Source: an uncultured Planctomycetaceae bacterium
GTDB taxonomy: Bacteria > Planctomycetota > Planctomycetia > Planctomycetales > Planctomycetaceae
Reading direction: 5' to 3'
Assembly (NCBI GenBank): GCA_963976765.1
Contig: CAXBME010000001.1
Location: 310,001-374,000 of the forward strand
Length of the DNA stretch: 64,000 bases
A program made the position numbers and the translations under genes. Below the pieces are notes generated by a model, which was not told where the DNA came from, ran no database searches, and saw only the letters and a list, made by a program, of their open reading frames with translations. Below, piece by piece: positions 50,637 to 60,042 of this stretch (positions within the stretch are counted from its first letter, which is position 1; the number at the start of each line of letters is the position of its first letter).

Positions 50637-51839
50637 ATGCCCATTTATCGATGCAGTTTTGCTGCTGTGATCGCTTTTTCGATGATTGCCAGTCTGTCGG
50701 CTGCGGATCTGAGTTCGCAAATCGCCGCCATCAGAAAAGTGTCGCGGGAAGGGCAGGGCAACGAAGCCGCCGCCGCCGCTGTTCGAAATTTGTCGAACGC
50801 CGCAGCCAGCGATCTGTTGCAGATTCTCGGTGGTTTCGAAAAGGCGTCGCCGCTTGCCGCCAACTATCTGAGAAACTCTGTCGAGACCATTGCAGACCGA
50901 CATCTCGCAGCAGGCAAGCCGTTGCCTGTCAAACAGCTCGAAACTTTCGTGCAGGAACGCACCAACGATCCGCGGGCACGGCGGTTGGCCTACGAGGTTC
51001 TGGCGAAGGTCGACTCGACCATTGGCGACCGGTTGATTCCAGCCATGCTGCTTGATCCCAGTCCAGAGTTTCGTCGCGATGCCGTTCAGCGGTTGGTCGC
51101 CGAAGCGGAGTCTCTTGGCAAAGACTCCGCCGACAAAGCAAAGCAGGTTTATCGCCAGGCGCTGACAGGCGCAACGGATTCGGACCTTGCAAAGAAGATT
51201 TCAGAGTCGTTGAAAAAGCTGGGCGACGAAGTTGACCTGGTCAGCCACTTCGGATTCCTGACCGACTGGCGAATTGTGGGCCCGTTCGACAACCACGACT
51301 TCGTCGGGTTCGACACGGCCTACGCCCCGGAAGAAGAACTCGACTTTGCGGCGAAACTCAAAGCGAAAGAAGGCGAAGTCTCCTGGGGCGAGATCACCAC
51401 GTCCGACGAATTCGGCATCGTCGACATTGCGAAGTCAGTCGCTCCTCACAAAGGAGCGGTGATGTACCTCGCGACGTTCTACGAAGCCGCTGCCGATCGC
51501 AATGTCGAGTTTCGATTTGGAACTCCGAACGCTTGGAAATTGTGGGTCAACGGAGAATTTCTCTTCGGTCGCGACGAGTATCACCGGGGGATGGCCATCG
51601 ACCAGTACCGGGTTCCGGCAAAGTTGAAGGCGGGAAAGAACGTCATCCTGTTGAAGCTCTGCCAGAACGAGCAGACCGACGACTGGGCACAGCGATACCA
51701 GATCCAGATTCGAGTTTGCGATCCGTCCGGTGTTGCCGTTCTGCCGGTTAAGTCGAAAAGCCGGACGACATCGGACGCGCGACCTCAAAAAAATCAACCA
51801 CAACGATTGACCGCTCAGGCAGAAGGAGCTTCCGAATGA
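50637..51839 (+). CDS. Secreted hypothetical protein (helical N-terminus and beta-sandwich C-terminus)
   Basis: Signal peptide; WRIVGPFDN, KLWVNGE and LKAGKNVILLKLCQ; ATGA overlap with the next gene. Confidence 0.8.
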   Translation: MPIYRCSFAAVIAFSMIASLSAADLSSQIAAIRKVSREGQGNEAAAAAVRNLSNAAASDLLQILGGFEKASPLAANYLRNSVETIADRHLAAGKPLPVKQLETFVQERTNDPRARRLAYEVLAKVDSTIGDRLIPAMLLDPSPEFRRDAVQRLVAEAESLGKDSADKAKQVYRQALTGATDSDLAKKISESLKKLGDEVDLVSHFGFLTDWRIVGPFDNHDFVGFDTAYAPEEELDFAAKLKAKEGEVSWGEITTSDEFGIVDIAKSVAPHKGAVMYLATFYEAAADRNVEFRFGTPNAWKLWVNGEFLFGRDEYHRGMAIDQYRVPAKLKAGKNVILLKLCQNEQTDDWAQRYQIQIRVCDPSGVAVLPVKSKSRTTSDARPQKNQPQRLTAQAEGASE

Positions 51840-53074
51840 TCAACCTGCAAAACCTTTCAGCACGCCGAATCGTCCCTGTGGTCGCGGCTGTCGTGTCAGC
51901 TACCTGTCTGACCGGAGCCGACTGGCTTCAGTTTCGCGGCAACGATGTTTCCGGAGTCTCTGCGTTGTCCGAGATCCCGGCCACCTGGTCAGACACCGAA
52001 AATATCGCCTGGAAAGTTGATCTGCCTGGTCGAGGGTTGTCCGGCGCTATCGTCATCGGTGATCAGGTTGTCGTGACGGCCAGCAGTGGCTTTCGTCAGG
52101 ACCGGCTGCATGTTCTGTCGTTTGATCGGACGAGTGGGAAGAAAGTCTGGGAACGTCAGTTCTGGGCAACCGGTCGGACGATGACACATCCCAAAATGTG
52201 CGTGGCGACGCCGACTCCGGCTTCCGACGGCGAACGAATCTTTGCCTTTTATTCAAGCAACGACGTCGTGTGCCTGGACCTCGACGGAAACCTGCTATGG
52301 CTGCGCGGCCTGACTCACGACTTTCCGAACGCCAGCAACAGCCTTGGCATGTCATCGTCGCCGATCGTCATCGGCGACACGCTGATCGTGCAGGTTGAAA
52401 ATGATGCGGAGTCCTTCGCAACCGGCCTGGACACATCGACCGGCAAAGCGCGTTGGAAGAAGGCTCGACCAAAGAAGGCAAACTGGACGTCGCCAACGGT
52501 CTGGCAGAATCGTGATTCCGAACCGCTGGCTCTGCTTCAGTCTTCAGCCGGGGTCGAAGCCGTCGATCCTCGAACGGGCGAAACTCAATGGAAGTTTGAA
52601 GATGGCGCGTCGACGATTCCGTCGTCCGTCGTTACGACCGATTCGCTGCTCGTCCCGTCAAACGGTCTGACAGCGTTGCGACCTGGTGAAAATAAGGGCG
52701 ATGACGCAAAGTCTCCGGAAGTCCTCTGGAACGACAACCGACTCGGGCCTGGAACGTCGAGCCCCATCGTCGTCGACGGAAAAGTATTCGTGGTCAACCG
52801 TGCCGGAGTGCTCCAGGCCGCGGACGTCACAACTGGCAGCATTCTCTGGAAGGTTCGCCTGAAGGGACCGTTCAGCGCGACTCCCGTTGCTGCGGGAAAG
52901 CAGCTGATCTTTTTCAACGAAGAGGGCGGCGCCCAGGTTGTCGACATCAGCGGAGCGGAAGGCGAAATCGTCGGCGAGAACACCGTCGGCGAGACGATCC
53001 TCAGCACCCCGGCGATCTCCGACAACGAAATGTTCGTCCGCAGCGACGGCCACCTCTGGAAGATCGCGAAGTAG
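51836..53074 (+). CDS. PQQ-like beta-propeller repeat protein (BamB-like)
   Basis: ADWLQFRG, WSDTENIAWKVDLPGRG, repeated SSP motifs and TG..xW. Confidence 0.92.
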   Translation: MINLQNLSARRIVPVVAAVVSATCLTGADWLQFRGNDVSGVSALSEIPATWSDTENIAWKVDLPGRGLSGAIVIGDQVVVTASSGFRQDRLHVLSFDRTSGKKVWERQFWATGRTMTHPKMCVATPTPASDGERIFAFYSSNDVVCLDLDGNLLWLRGLTHDFPNASNSLGMSSSPIVIGDTLIVQVENDAESFATGLDTSTGKARWKKARPKKANWTSPTVWQNRDSEPLALLQSSAGVEAVDPRTGETQWKFEDGASTIPSSVVTTDSLLVPSNGLTALRPGENKGDDAKSPEVLWNDNRLGPGTSSPIVVDGKVFVVNRAGVLQAADVTTGSILWKVRLKGPFSATPVAAGKQLIFFNEEGGAQVVDISGAEGEIVGENTVGETILSTPAISDNEMFVRSDGHLWKIAK

Positions 53075-53309
53075 CTGAAAGGTTAAATCGCAGAGTGTCA
53101 CAGAGGGCGGGGGCGGAGTTCGGGTTTCTCACTCGGTGCATGGCTCAGATCCGACTGCTTGTTCCAGCTTGCGTCTCTCGATGAATCAACTCTCGGGAAG
53201 TCGATCAGCGGTTTGGAATTCTCAAGTGGTCTGCCCTGGCCTTTACTGATGATCTTGCTTCGAGGCTGGTTGAGTTCTCGGCGCCGGAGCTGCTGATTCA
53301 GGGTAATCT

Positions 53310-54425
53310 CTAAATCGTGATCCAGCGGTCGCGGGAGGCGATTTCCCATTGGCCAACGACTTCTCCGCCGGAGACGACGTAGGCCGCTCTGTGGAGTGCG
53401 GACGTTGGGCAAATGTGGCGAGGGATTGCGAACAGTTCGTCGCCGGGTTCGAATTCTTCAGCACGCGACGTTTCCAGCACGAGGTGTTCTTCGTTCTGCA
53501 GGACGGCCTCGGCATCGGGAAGGTCTGGAAAAGTCAGTCGTTGTCCGGCGGGCGGATCGGACGCAACGGCCTTGTAACCAATGTCGAGCGTGATTCGCGT
53601 CGGCGTTGGGCGGCTGACCACCCGAGTCAGCATCATGGCCGCCGGCGGAAAGACCATGTCCGGAAACCGACCGCCGTAGCCGGCGTCGTTGTAGACGCAC
53701 GTGCCGGGGCTGTACTCGATGCCGGGATCTGACTTCTCCGCATAGATCGGAAACGAAGCTGTGCCTCCACAGACCAGTCGAGGGACTGGCCATCCTTCCG
53801 CCTCAAGACTCTTTCGAAATTCGACAACGCGATCCCATTCCTCATTCACAGCGGCTCGTCGTTCGTCGCGATCAGTCTGATGCTGATGCCCGTCGTAAAC
53901 GTGCAGACCGTTTGGAGTCAGACCGTCGGTTTCGACAATCAGTCGGTACAGGTCTTTGGCTTCCGGGCCGACGGAGATGCCGGTTCGGTGCTGCCCCGTG
54001 TCAATGTCCAGCAGGACGCCGATTGCCAGCGACGCGTCGACCATCGCCGCACCAAGCTGCCTGATCGGCTTTTCGTGATCCGCCGTCACGGAAAATTCGA
54101 CATCCGGATACTTCTGCCGAAAGGCGACCGCTCGACCGATGTTTGGCCCGACCAGGCTGTAAGCAAGGAATACGTCTTTGACACCAGCTTCAGCCAGCAT
54201 CTCGGCTTCGGCGAACGTCGCACACTTGTGTCGGCTGATCCCGCGAGCCAGCTCCAGTTCGATGATTTCTCGCGTCTTATGAGTCTTACAGTGCGGTCTC
54301 AGTCGCGACGCATCGCCAGCGATTTCCACCATGTGATCCAGGTTTTGCTCAACCATGTCTCGAAAGACGACCAGAGCTGGCGTCAGAATTTGACTCGTAT
54401 CCGAGATGTGGTAGCAATCGTCCAT
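53310..54425 (-). CDS. D-threonine aldolase-like PLP-dependent enzyme (fold type III)
   Basis: LRPHCKTHK, DIDTGQHRTG, HVYDGH, NEEHLV and PRHICPT. Confidence 0.92.
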   Translation of the reverse strand: MDDCYHISDTSQILTPALVVFRDMVEQNLDHMVEIAGDASRLRPHCKTHKTREIIELELARGISRHKCATFAEAEMLAEAGVKDVFLAYSLVGPNIGRAVAFRQKYPDVEFSVTADHEKPIRQLGAAMVDASLAIGVLLDIDTGQHRTGISVGPEAKDLYRLIVETDGLTPNGLHVYDGHQHQTDRDERRAAVNEEWDRVVEFRKSLEAEGWPVPRLVCGGTASFPIYAEKSDPGIEYSPGTCVYNDAGYGGRFPDMVFPPAAMMLTRVVSRPTPTRITLDIGYKAVASDPPAGQRLTFPDLPDAEAVLQNEEHLVLETSRAEEFEPGDELFAIPRHICPTSALHRAAYVVSGGEVVGQWEIASRDRWITI

Positions 54426-54679
54426 GAGATTTGTCCCGTTGAATTCAGCGTGTTGGCTTCGGCAAGTTTCGACGTTCAGAACAACTGCAGAACGTCTGCC
54501 GGAGTCTCAGGAGGGCTCAGCGATTTTGCAACGCAACGCAGATCACTTTTCGAAGCGGCAGCGTTCTGAGCGGCAAGTGTAGAAAAGCACAACCCTGCTC
54601 ACTACGATTGCTCGTCTCGTTCCGAGCAGGTCGATTGGTTGCGGCCAGCGGGTCATCTGCCCTCAGTTGCTGTCCAGAT

Positions 54680-56536
54680 ATGAATCTTCAACATCTCAGA
54701 GCGATCGCTGGCGTCGGCATCGTCCTTGGTACTCTGCTGTTTTGCGCGAGCCATGCCTGCGCACAGGAGCCAACCGCTCCTGCTGGAAGTCCTTCTGCTG
54801 GCCCTGCTGTTCCTGCCGGAAGCGTCGTTTCCGCTCTTCCCGGAACTACCTGGCCTCCGTCGCCGGTTCCGTTCTTCCGGGGAAACGCCATCCCTGACAG
54901 CGCGTCACCGACCGTGCCACTTGCGGGCGGCTATCTCAGCCTGTTTCGACTGATCTTCTACGTTGGGCTGTTGTCGTTCTGGGTCTGGTCGTCGGCGTGG
55001 GTCAATGAAGACAGCACCTCGTTGAAAGTCCGCAGCGACTTCTGGAACTCGGTCATGTTTGCTGCCGGAGCGACGGGGCTCCTGCTCGGCATCACGTCGC
55101 CATCTTTCTTTCTGGCATTCGTGCTGATCGGAGCTTCGACCGGAACTCCGCTTGGTCTTTACGTGAAAGAACGAAACGCCAAAGTCCCGGAAAAAGCCAA
55201 AGTTCTCACGCCCGAACACATCCGTAGGGTCGGCATTCGACTGCTGGCAAGAGTCGGAATCAACATCGGCGGCGACGGTGAAGTCGGTTCGGGCAACGGG
55301 CCGGACATTCAGTTTGTGGGCCGGACAGAGACTGGCCGAATCGACACTTCGCGCACGAAGCAGGTCGAGAATTCACGAGGCTTCATGGCAGCCAAAGAGC
55401 TGGTTTACGACGCCCTGATTCGTCGCGCGACGGATATCCATCTCGAACCTCGCGAAGACACGATGAACATTCGCATGAGAATCGACGGCGTGATGTATCC
55501 GGTCGAGCCGTTTGATCGAGCGCTCGGCGACTCCGTGCTGAACATCTTCAAAGTGCTCGGCGCGATGGACATCACCGAAAAACGTCGGTCACTCGACGGC
55601 AGCTTTCGAGCACTGACAGAAGGCCGCGAGATCGACTTCCGAGTCGCCACGCAGGGCATCCGTGGCGGCGAAAAAATGAGTCTGCGTATTCTGGACCAGT
55701 CTGGCTCAACGGGCTCTCTGCCCGAACTGGGTTTCCGGAAAGCTCTGGAAGAGAAGCTGCTGCAGATCGTCCACCAGCCTCACGGCCTGCTGGTTGTCTG
55801 CGGGCCAACGGGGGCTGGCAAGTCGACAACGTTGTACGCCGCTCTGAAAAGTATCGACGCCTACCAGCACAACATCATCACGATCGAAGACCCGGTCGAA
55901 TACCAGATGGCGAATATCACCCAGATCGAGGTTAACACAAAGTCCGGCCAGACATTTGGCAGCTCGCTGAGAAGTATCCTGCGTCAGGATCCGGACGTGA
56001 TTATGGTCGGCGAAATCCGCGACGAGGAAACCGCTCAGATTGCCTGCCAGGCGGCAAACACTGGTCACAACGTTTTTTCGACTGTCCACGCCAACGACTC
56101 AATCACTGCCCTGTTCCGACTGCTCGACCTGGGCGTTGAGCCGTTTCTGTTTGCGAGTTCGATTTCCGGGATTCTTGCACAGCGGCTCGCGCGACGACTC
56201 TGTCCGAAGTGCAAAGAGGCGTACCGCCCCAAGGCCGAGTTTCTCAAACAGGCGAATCTGCCGGTCGATCGAATCGAAAAATTCTACCGACCGCCGAAGG
56301 ATCCAAAGGAAGAATGCACCGCGTGCGGCGGCCTCGGTTATCGCGGTCGAATTGGTGTTTTCGAGTTCCTGGAAATCAACGACCGCCTGCGAGACATGAT
56401 TCGCGAAAAGGCACCACTCTCACAATTAAAATCTGAAGCCCGGAAAAACGGCATGCTTTACATGCAGGAAGAAGGGCTTCGACTGGTCGTCAAAGGTCTG
56501 ACGTCCATCGAAGAATTGATGCGAGTTGTGAAGTAG
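54680..56536 (+). CDS. GspE/PulE/PilB family secretion ATPase with N-terminal membrane domain
   Basis: RATDIHLEP, Walker A GPTGAGKSTTLY, TIEDPVEY, LRQDPDVIMVGEIRD and two CxxC motifs; TM segments in the first ~170 aa. Confidence 0.93.
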   Translation: MNLQHLRAIAGVGIVLGTLLFCASHACAQEPTAPAGSPSAGPAVPAGSVVSALPGTTWPPSPVPFFRGNAIPDSASPTVPLAGGYLSLFRLIFYVGLLSFWVWSSAWVNEDSTSLKVRSDFWNSVMFAAGATGLLLGITSPSFFLAFVLIGASTGTPLGLYVKERNAKVPEKAKVLTPEHIRRVGIRLLARVGINIGGDGEVGSGNGPDIQFVGRTETGRIDTSRTKQVENSRGFMAAKELVYDALIRRATDIHLEPREDTMNIRMRIDGVMYPVEPFDRALGDSVLNIFKVLGAMDITEKRRSLDGSFRALTEGREIDFRVATQGIRGGEKMSLRILDQSGSTGSLPELGFRKALEEKLLQIVHQPHGLLVVCGPTGAGKSTTLYAALKSIDAYQHNIITIEDPVEYQMANITQIEVNTKSGQTFGSSLRSILRQDPDVIMVGEIRDEETAQIACQAANTGHNVFSTVHANDSITALFRLLDLGVEPFLFASSISGILAQRLARRLCPKCKEAYRPKAEFLKQANLPVDRIEKFYRPPKDPKEECTACGGLGYRGRIGVFEFLEINDRLRDMIREKAPLSQLKSEARKNGMLYMQEEGLRLVVKGLTSIEELMRVVK

Positions 56537-56611
56537 CAGCTCGCCAGGCAAAAGAAGCGGCTGTTGTCGTGACAGCCAGACACGGGTTTTCGATCTGACC
56601 GAAAGTCACTT

Positions 56612-57190
56612 ATGGGACTCTTCGATTTTTTCTCGAGAGGATCAGGTGGCAAGAGCCAGTCGGGAGTCGACCCGAGATGTGATCACTACTCGTTTGCACA
56701 TGTCGTGCTTCGAAAAGCTGCCTTTGAAAACCCGACGAAGTGCGTTACGTCGCTGGCCTCACCGAGCGGCAAAGAATACCTGTCCGAACTTTGGAACCAG
56801 GTTCTTGAAACCTGCAAACAACATAATCAGCCCATCGAATTGACGCTGGACGACATCCTGATTCACAAGCTTCGAGTCGGTCCGTTTCCGTGTACGATTC
56901 TGGAAATGCCGGCTCCGCACTTTGCGACGGAAGCGTTCTTCGTAGCGTTGGTCCTGACGGTTGATATCACCGACCAGTCGCAAAACATGTCCGATGGTTC
57001 GGTCCGTTTTTTCACTCTGGAAAACGGCGAACCTAACGAAGAAGAAGTTCAAACGGTCATCGGTGAATGGACCGCCGATGGCAAACACAGCAACCTCGGT
57101 CCCGGCACTTACCCGGAACTAAGCGAGTTCGTGACAAAGATCACCGACCTGGTTCTTCAACCAAGTCTGCCGGATCAGCAACCTGTTTAG
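56612..57190 (+). CDS. Hypothetical protein
   Basis: 192-aa ORF co-oriented with its neighbours, protein-like composition (RFFTLE, IGEW..DGKHSNLG). Confidence 0.75.
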   Translation: MGLFDFFSRGSGGKSQSGVDPRCDHYSFAHVVLRKAAFENPTKCVTSLASPSGKEYLSELWNQVLETCKQHNQPIELTLDDILIHKLRVGPFPCTILEMPAPHFATEAFFVALVLTVDITDQSQNMSDGSVRFFTLENGEPNEEEVQTVIGEWTADGKHSNLGPGTYPELSEFVTKITDLVLQPSLPDQQPV

Positions 57191-57349
57191 AAACCAGTTT
57201 AGTAGGATCAGGAAGATGCGTTTCGATGCACCTTCGTTTTCGGTTCGAGGCTGGTAGGTCGAGGCACCCCCTGCGACAGTCCTCATTCTCGATCGCTGGC
57301 GTTTATCCCAAGGAAGTTCAACCAGAAGCCTCAGCTTCGGAGCTGTTCA

Positions 57350-58048
57350 ATGTTTGATGTGATTCTGCTGGCCGTTTGGGGAGTCGTTACCTGGTGCGTC
57401 GCCGGTGAAGGCGCATTCGGCGCCGCAGTCAGTTGCCTGGTGGTCATCGTCTCGGGCCTGCTGGCGATGAACTTCTTCGAGCCGTTTGCAGCGTTTGCAC
57501 AAAGCAACCTGATGAGCAGCGGCGCGTGGCCTTACCGCTGGGACGTCATAATGCTCGTCGGTCTTTTCGGCGGACTGGTTTTCGGATTGAAGGTGCTGAT
57601 GGAGAAGCTCTCGCCTCGTTACATTGAGATGAGCAATCTGGCTCACAGTCTCGGACGCTGGAGTTTCGGACTGATCAGCGGTTATGTCACGATGGCCTTC
57701 CTGTTGACGGCCCTGCACACCGCCCCGCTGCCTCGCAACTTCATGGAGTTTCGTCCCGAACGAGCCAACCTGTTCGGTATTCTGGCGCCTGACCGCCAGT
57801 GGCTTGGCTTCACGCAGTACGCCAGCGAAAGCATATTCGCCTGTGGGAGAATTTTTGACGGTCCGGTTTCTGATTTCATTGATGACCAGGCAGACAACAA
57901 TCGGAATACAATCTGGCCTTCCTTTCCGATTCGTTACGCCAGTCGCCGTGAGCAGTTTGCATCCGGAGGCCTGATCGCTGCTCCAACCGCCGCCCCGGTC
58001 GCTCCTTCAACTCGACAGGGTTCCGGATCAGGAGCTGCGGGCTTCTGA
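57350..58048 (+). CDS. CvpA (colicin V production) family membrane protein
   Basis: Four TM helices; EGAFGA, LAMNFFEP and LHTAPLP. Confidence 0.7.
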   Translation: MFDVILLAVWGVVTWCVAGEGAFGAAVSCLVVIVSGLLAMNFFEPFAAFAQSNLMSSGAWPYRWDVIMLVGLFGGLVFGLKVLMEKLSPRYIEMSNLAHSLGRWSFGLISGYVTMAFLLTALHTAPLPRNFMEFRPERANLFGILAPDRQWLGFTQYASESIFACGRIFDGPVSDFIDDQADNNRNTIWPSFPIRYASRREQFASGGLIAAPTAAPVAPSTRQGSGSGAAGF

Positions 58049-58103
58049 TAGGGGTAGTCCGGTTTCCTGACAGCCATTTGAAAACGACGCGCTCAAAAAT
58101 TCA

Positions 58104-58181
58104 ACGTGTGCCACTGGCTTTGCCAGTGCGGAGTTTTCCGCAACCGTCGATTCCAAACGGCACTGGCAGCGCCAGTGGCAC
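58104..58181. repeat. REP-like nested palindrome (copy 2)
   Basis: acgtgtgccactggctttgccagtgc (58104-58129) ... gcactggcagcgccagtggcac (58160-58181). Confidence 0.85.
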
Positions 58182-58265
58182 TCTATTTCAGAGGACCGAG
58201 GAAATTCCTCGCCATATCTTCACTTTCGAAGTTCGAACTCCACCAGCCGTTACGGAATGATTGCC

Positions 58266-59459
58266 ATGTTTGATCTGGAAAAAATTCAGTCTGCCCTCAC
58301 TGAGCTGAATGTTGACGCCTGGCTGCTGTGCGATTTCCGAGGGAGCAACGTACTCGCTCGTCGGGTTCTGCAGCTGGCTGACGACCAGATGGGCTCGCGC
58401 CGCTGCTTTTACTGCATCCCGCGAGAAGGCACGCCGCACAAACTCGTCCACCGCATCGAGTCCGGCGTGTTCGATCATCTGCCTGGCGACAAGACCATTT
58501 ATTTGAAGTGGCAGGAACTTGAGGCGGGCATCCAGTCGCTGACGAACGGGCACTCGCGCATTGCGATGGAATACTCGCCGAGGAACGCCAACCCGTACAT
58601 TTCGAAAGTCGACGCCGGCACAATCGAACTGGTCCGTAGTTTCGGACCCGAAATCGTCCCGTCGGGTGACCTGATTCAGTCGTTCGAAGCAACCTGGGAC
58701 GACGAGCAGTGGCAGATGCACCTCGAAGCGGCGACTCATACTAATGCTGCTTTCGGAGTCGCGTGGAAGTTCATCGCCGACGAGATTCGCAACAACGGGG
58801 CGGTTGAAGAGATGGCCGTCTCAGACGTCATCATGGAGCACTTCGCAACGAACAGGATGACGACCTATCACCCTCCAATCGTTGGCCGAGGACCACACAG
58901 CGGGAACCCTCATTACGAAACCGGCACCGGCGAAAACACAAAGATCCGAGAAGGTGATTTCGTTCTGGTTGACCTGTGGGCGAAGATGGATCGGCCTCGA
59001 GCTGTCTACAGCGATCTGACTCGGACAGGCTTCGTCGGAACGGAAGTCCCGGAAAAATATACCAGGATCTTCAACATCGTCGCCGCATCTCGCGACGCCG
59101 CAATCGCCTGTGTTCGCAGCGCTTACGCCGAGGGGCGACTGCTCCAGGGCTGGGAAGTGGACAACGCTTGCCGCAAGGTGATCGAAGATGCTGGTTACGG
59201 CGAATTCTACGTCCACCGCACCGGCCACAGCATCGGCCAGGAAGTCCACGGCAACGGTGCCAACATGGACAACCTGGAAACTCGCGAAGACCGGCTGGTC
59301 ATGAAGCAAACTTGTTTTTCTGTCGAACCTGGCATCTACCTGCCTGAGTTCGGTGTCCGCAGCGAGGTCGATGTCTTTGTCGATTGTGACGGGCAGGTCC
59401 ACGTCACCGGCGGAGATCTTCAGACGGAGATCGTCCGCATTCCTGCAAACTTCGCCTGA
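58266..59459 (+). CDS. Xaa-Pro aminopeptidase (M24 family)
   Basis: HSGNPHY, VDLWAK, YSDLTR, HRTGHSIG and FSVEPGIY..FGVRSE. Confidence 0.94.
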   Translation: MFDLEKIQSALTELNVDAWLLCDFRGSNVLARRVLQLADDQMGSRRCFYCIPREGTPHKLVHRIESGVFDHLPGDKTIYLKWQELEAGIQSLTNGHSRIAMEYSPRNANPYISKVDAGTIELVRSFGPEIVPSGDLIQSFEATWDDEQWQMHLEAATHTNAAFGVAWKFIADEIRNNGAVEEMAVSDVIMEHFATNRMTTYHPPIVGRGPHSGNPHYETGTGENTKIREGDFVLVDLWAKMDRPRAVYSDLTRTGFVGTEVPEKYTRIFNIVAASRDAAIACVRSAYAEGRLLQGWEVDNACRKVIEDAGYGEFYVHRTGHSIGQEVHGNGANMDNLETREDRLVMKQTCFSVEPGIYLPEFGVRSEVDVFVDCDGQVHVTGGDLQTEIVRIPANFA

Positions 59460-60042
59460 GCAATTTCCCCGGTCGCAATGTGCCGACCGTGACGGGCGCG
59501 ATGCGTTGTAACGGCTGTGACCTGGACCTCAAAAATTCGTCCGGTCGCGAAGCAAAGAGAAGCAATTCCGGTTGGTCAATCTGGCGATATCTGGTGGTGT
59601 GGGAGCGACAGTCAAGAGCGGCTTTCGAGCTGAACGTTGTCGGTTGTTCCAGTTGATCTGGTCACAGAACGTTGCCCTCTCCGACGTGTCTCGGGTTTGA
59701 ATTCCGAGCGCCCTGTGCCGAATCAGCCTCCTGGAGTGTGATCGGTCGCGTATTGACCACTCACGCTTGACAGGCACCGGTGATTTTTTCCCCGCGATGA
59801 CGCAGTCACTAATCATGGCTGCGGACATTACCACCTACCGAGACGTACCTCTTTGTTTCACTGCCGGCGCTACGACAGCCTCGACGCGTAGCCTGGCCAG
59901 GCATGACCCTTCCCCCCGGCGTTCCAGACAGCACTGCAATCACCGTGGCACGATGGCCACCAGAAATTGTTGATGCAGCGCCGCTCGGGAAGGCAAACCA
60001 TCTCCTGATGATTGCCACATTTTCAGCCCTGGAGGAGAAGCC

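Noticed and set aside
59990..60020. ggcaaacc resembling the start of a c-di-GMP-I riboswitch
   Set aside because: The GNRA-capped stem and downstream gacgcaaagc-like segment are absent.
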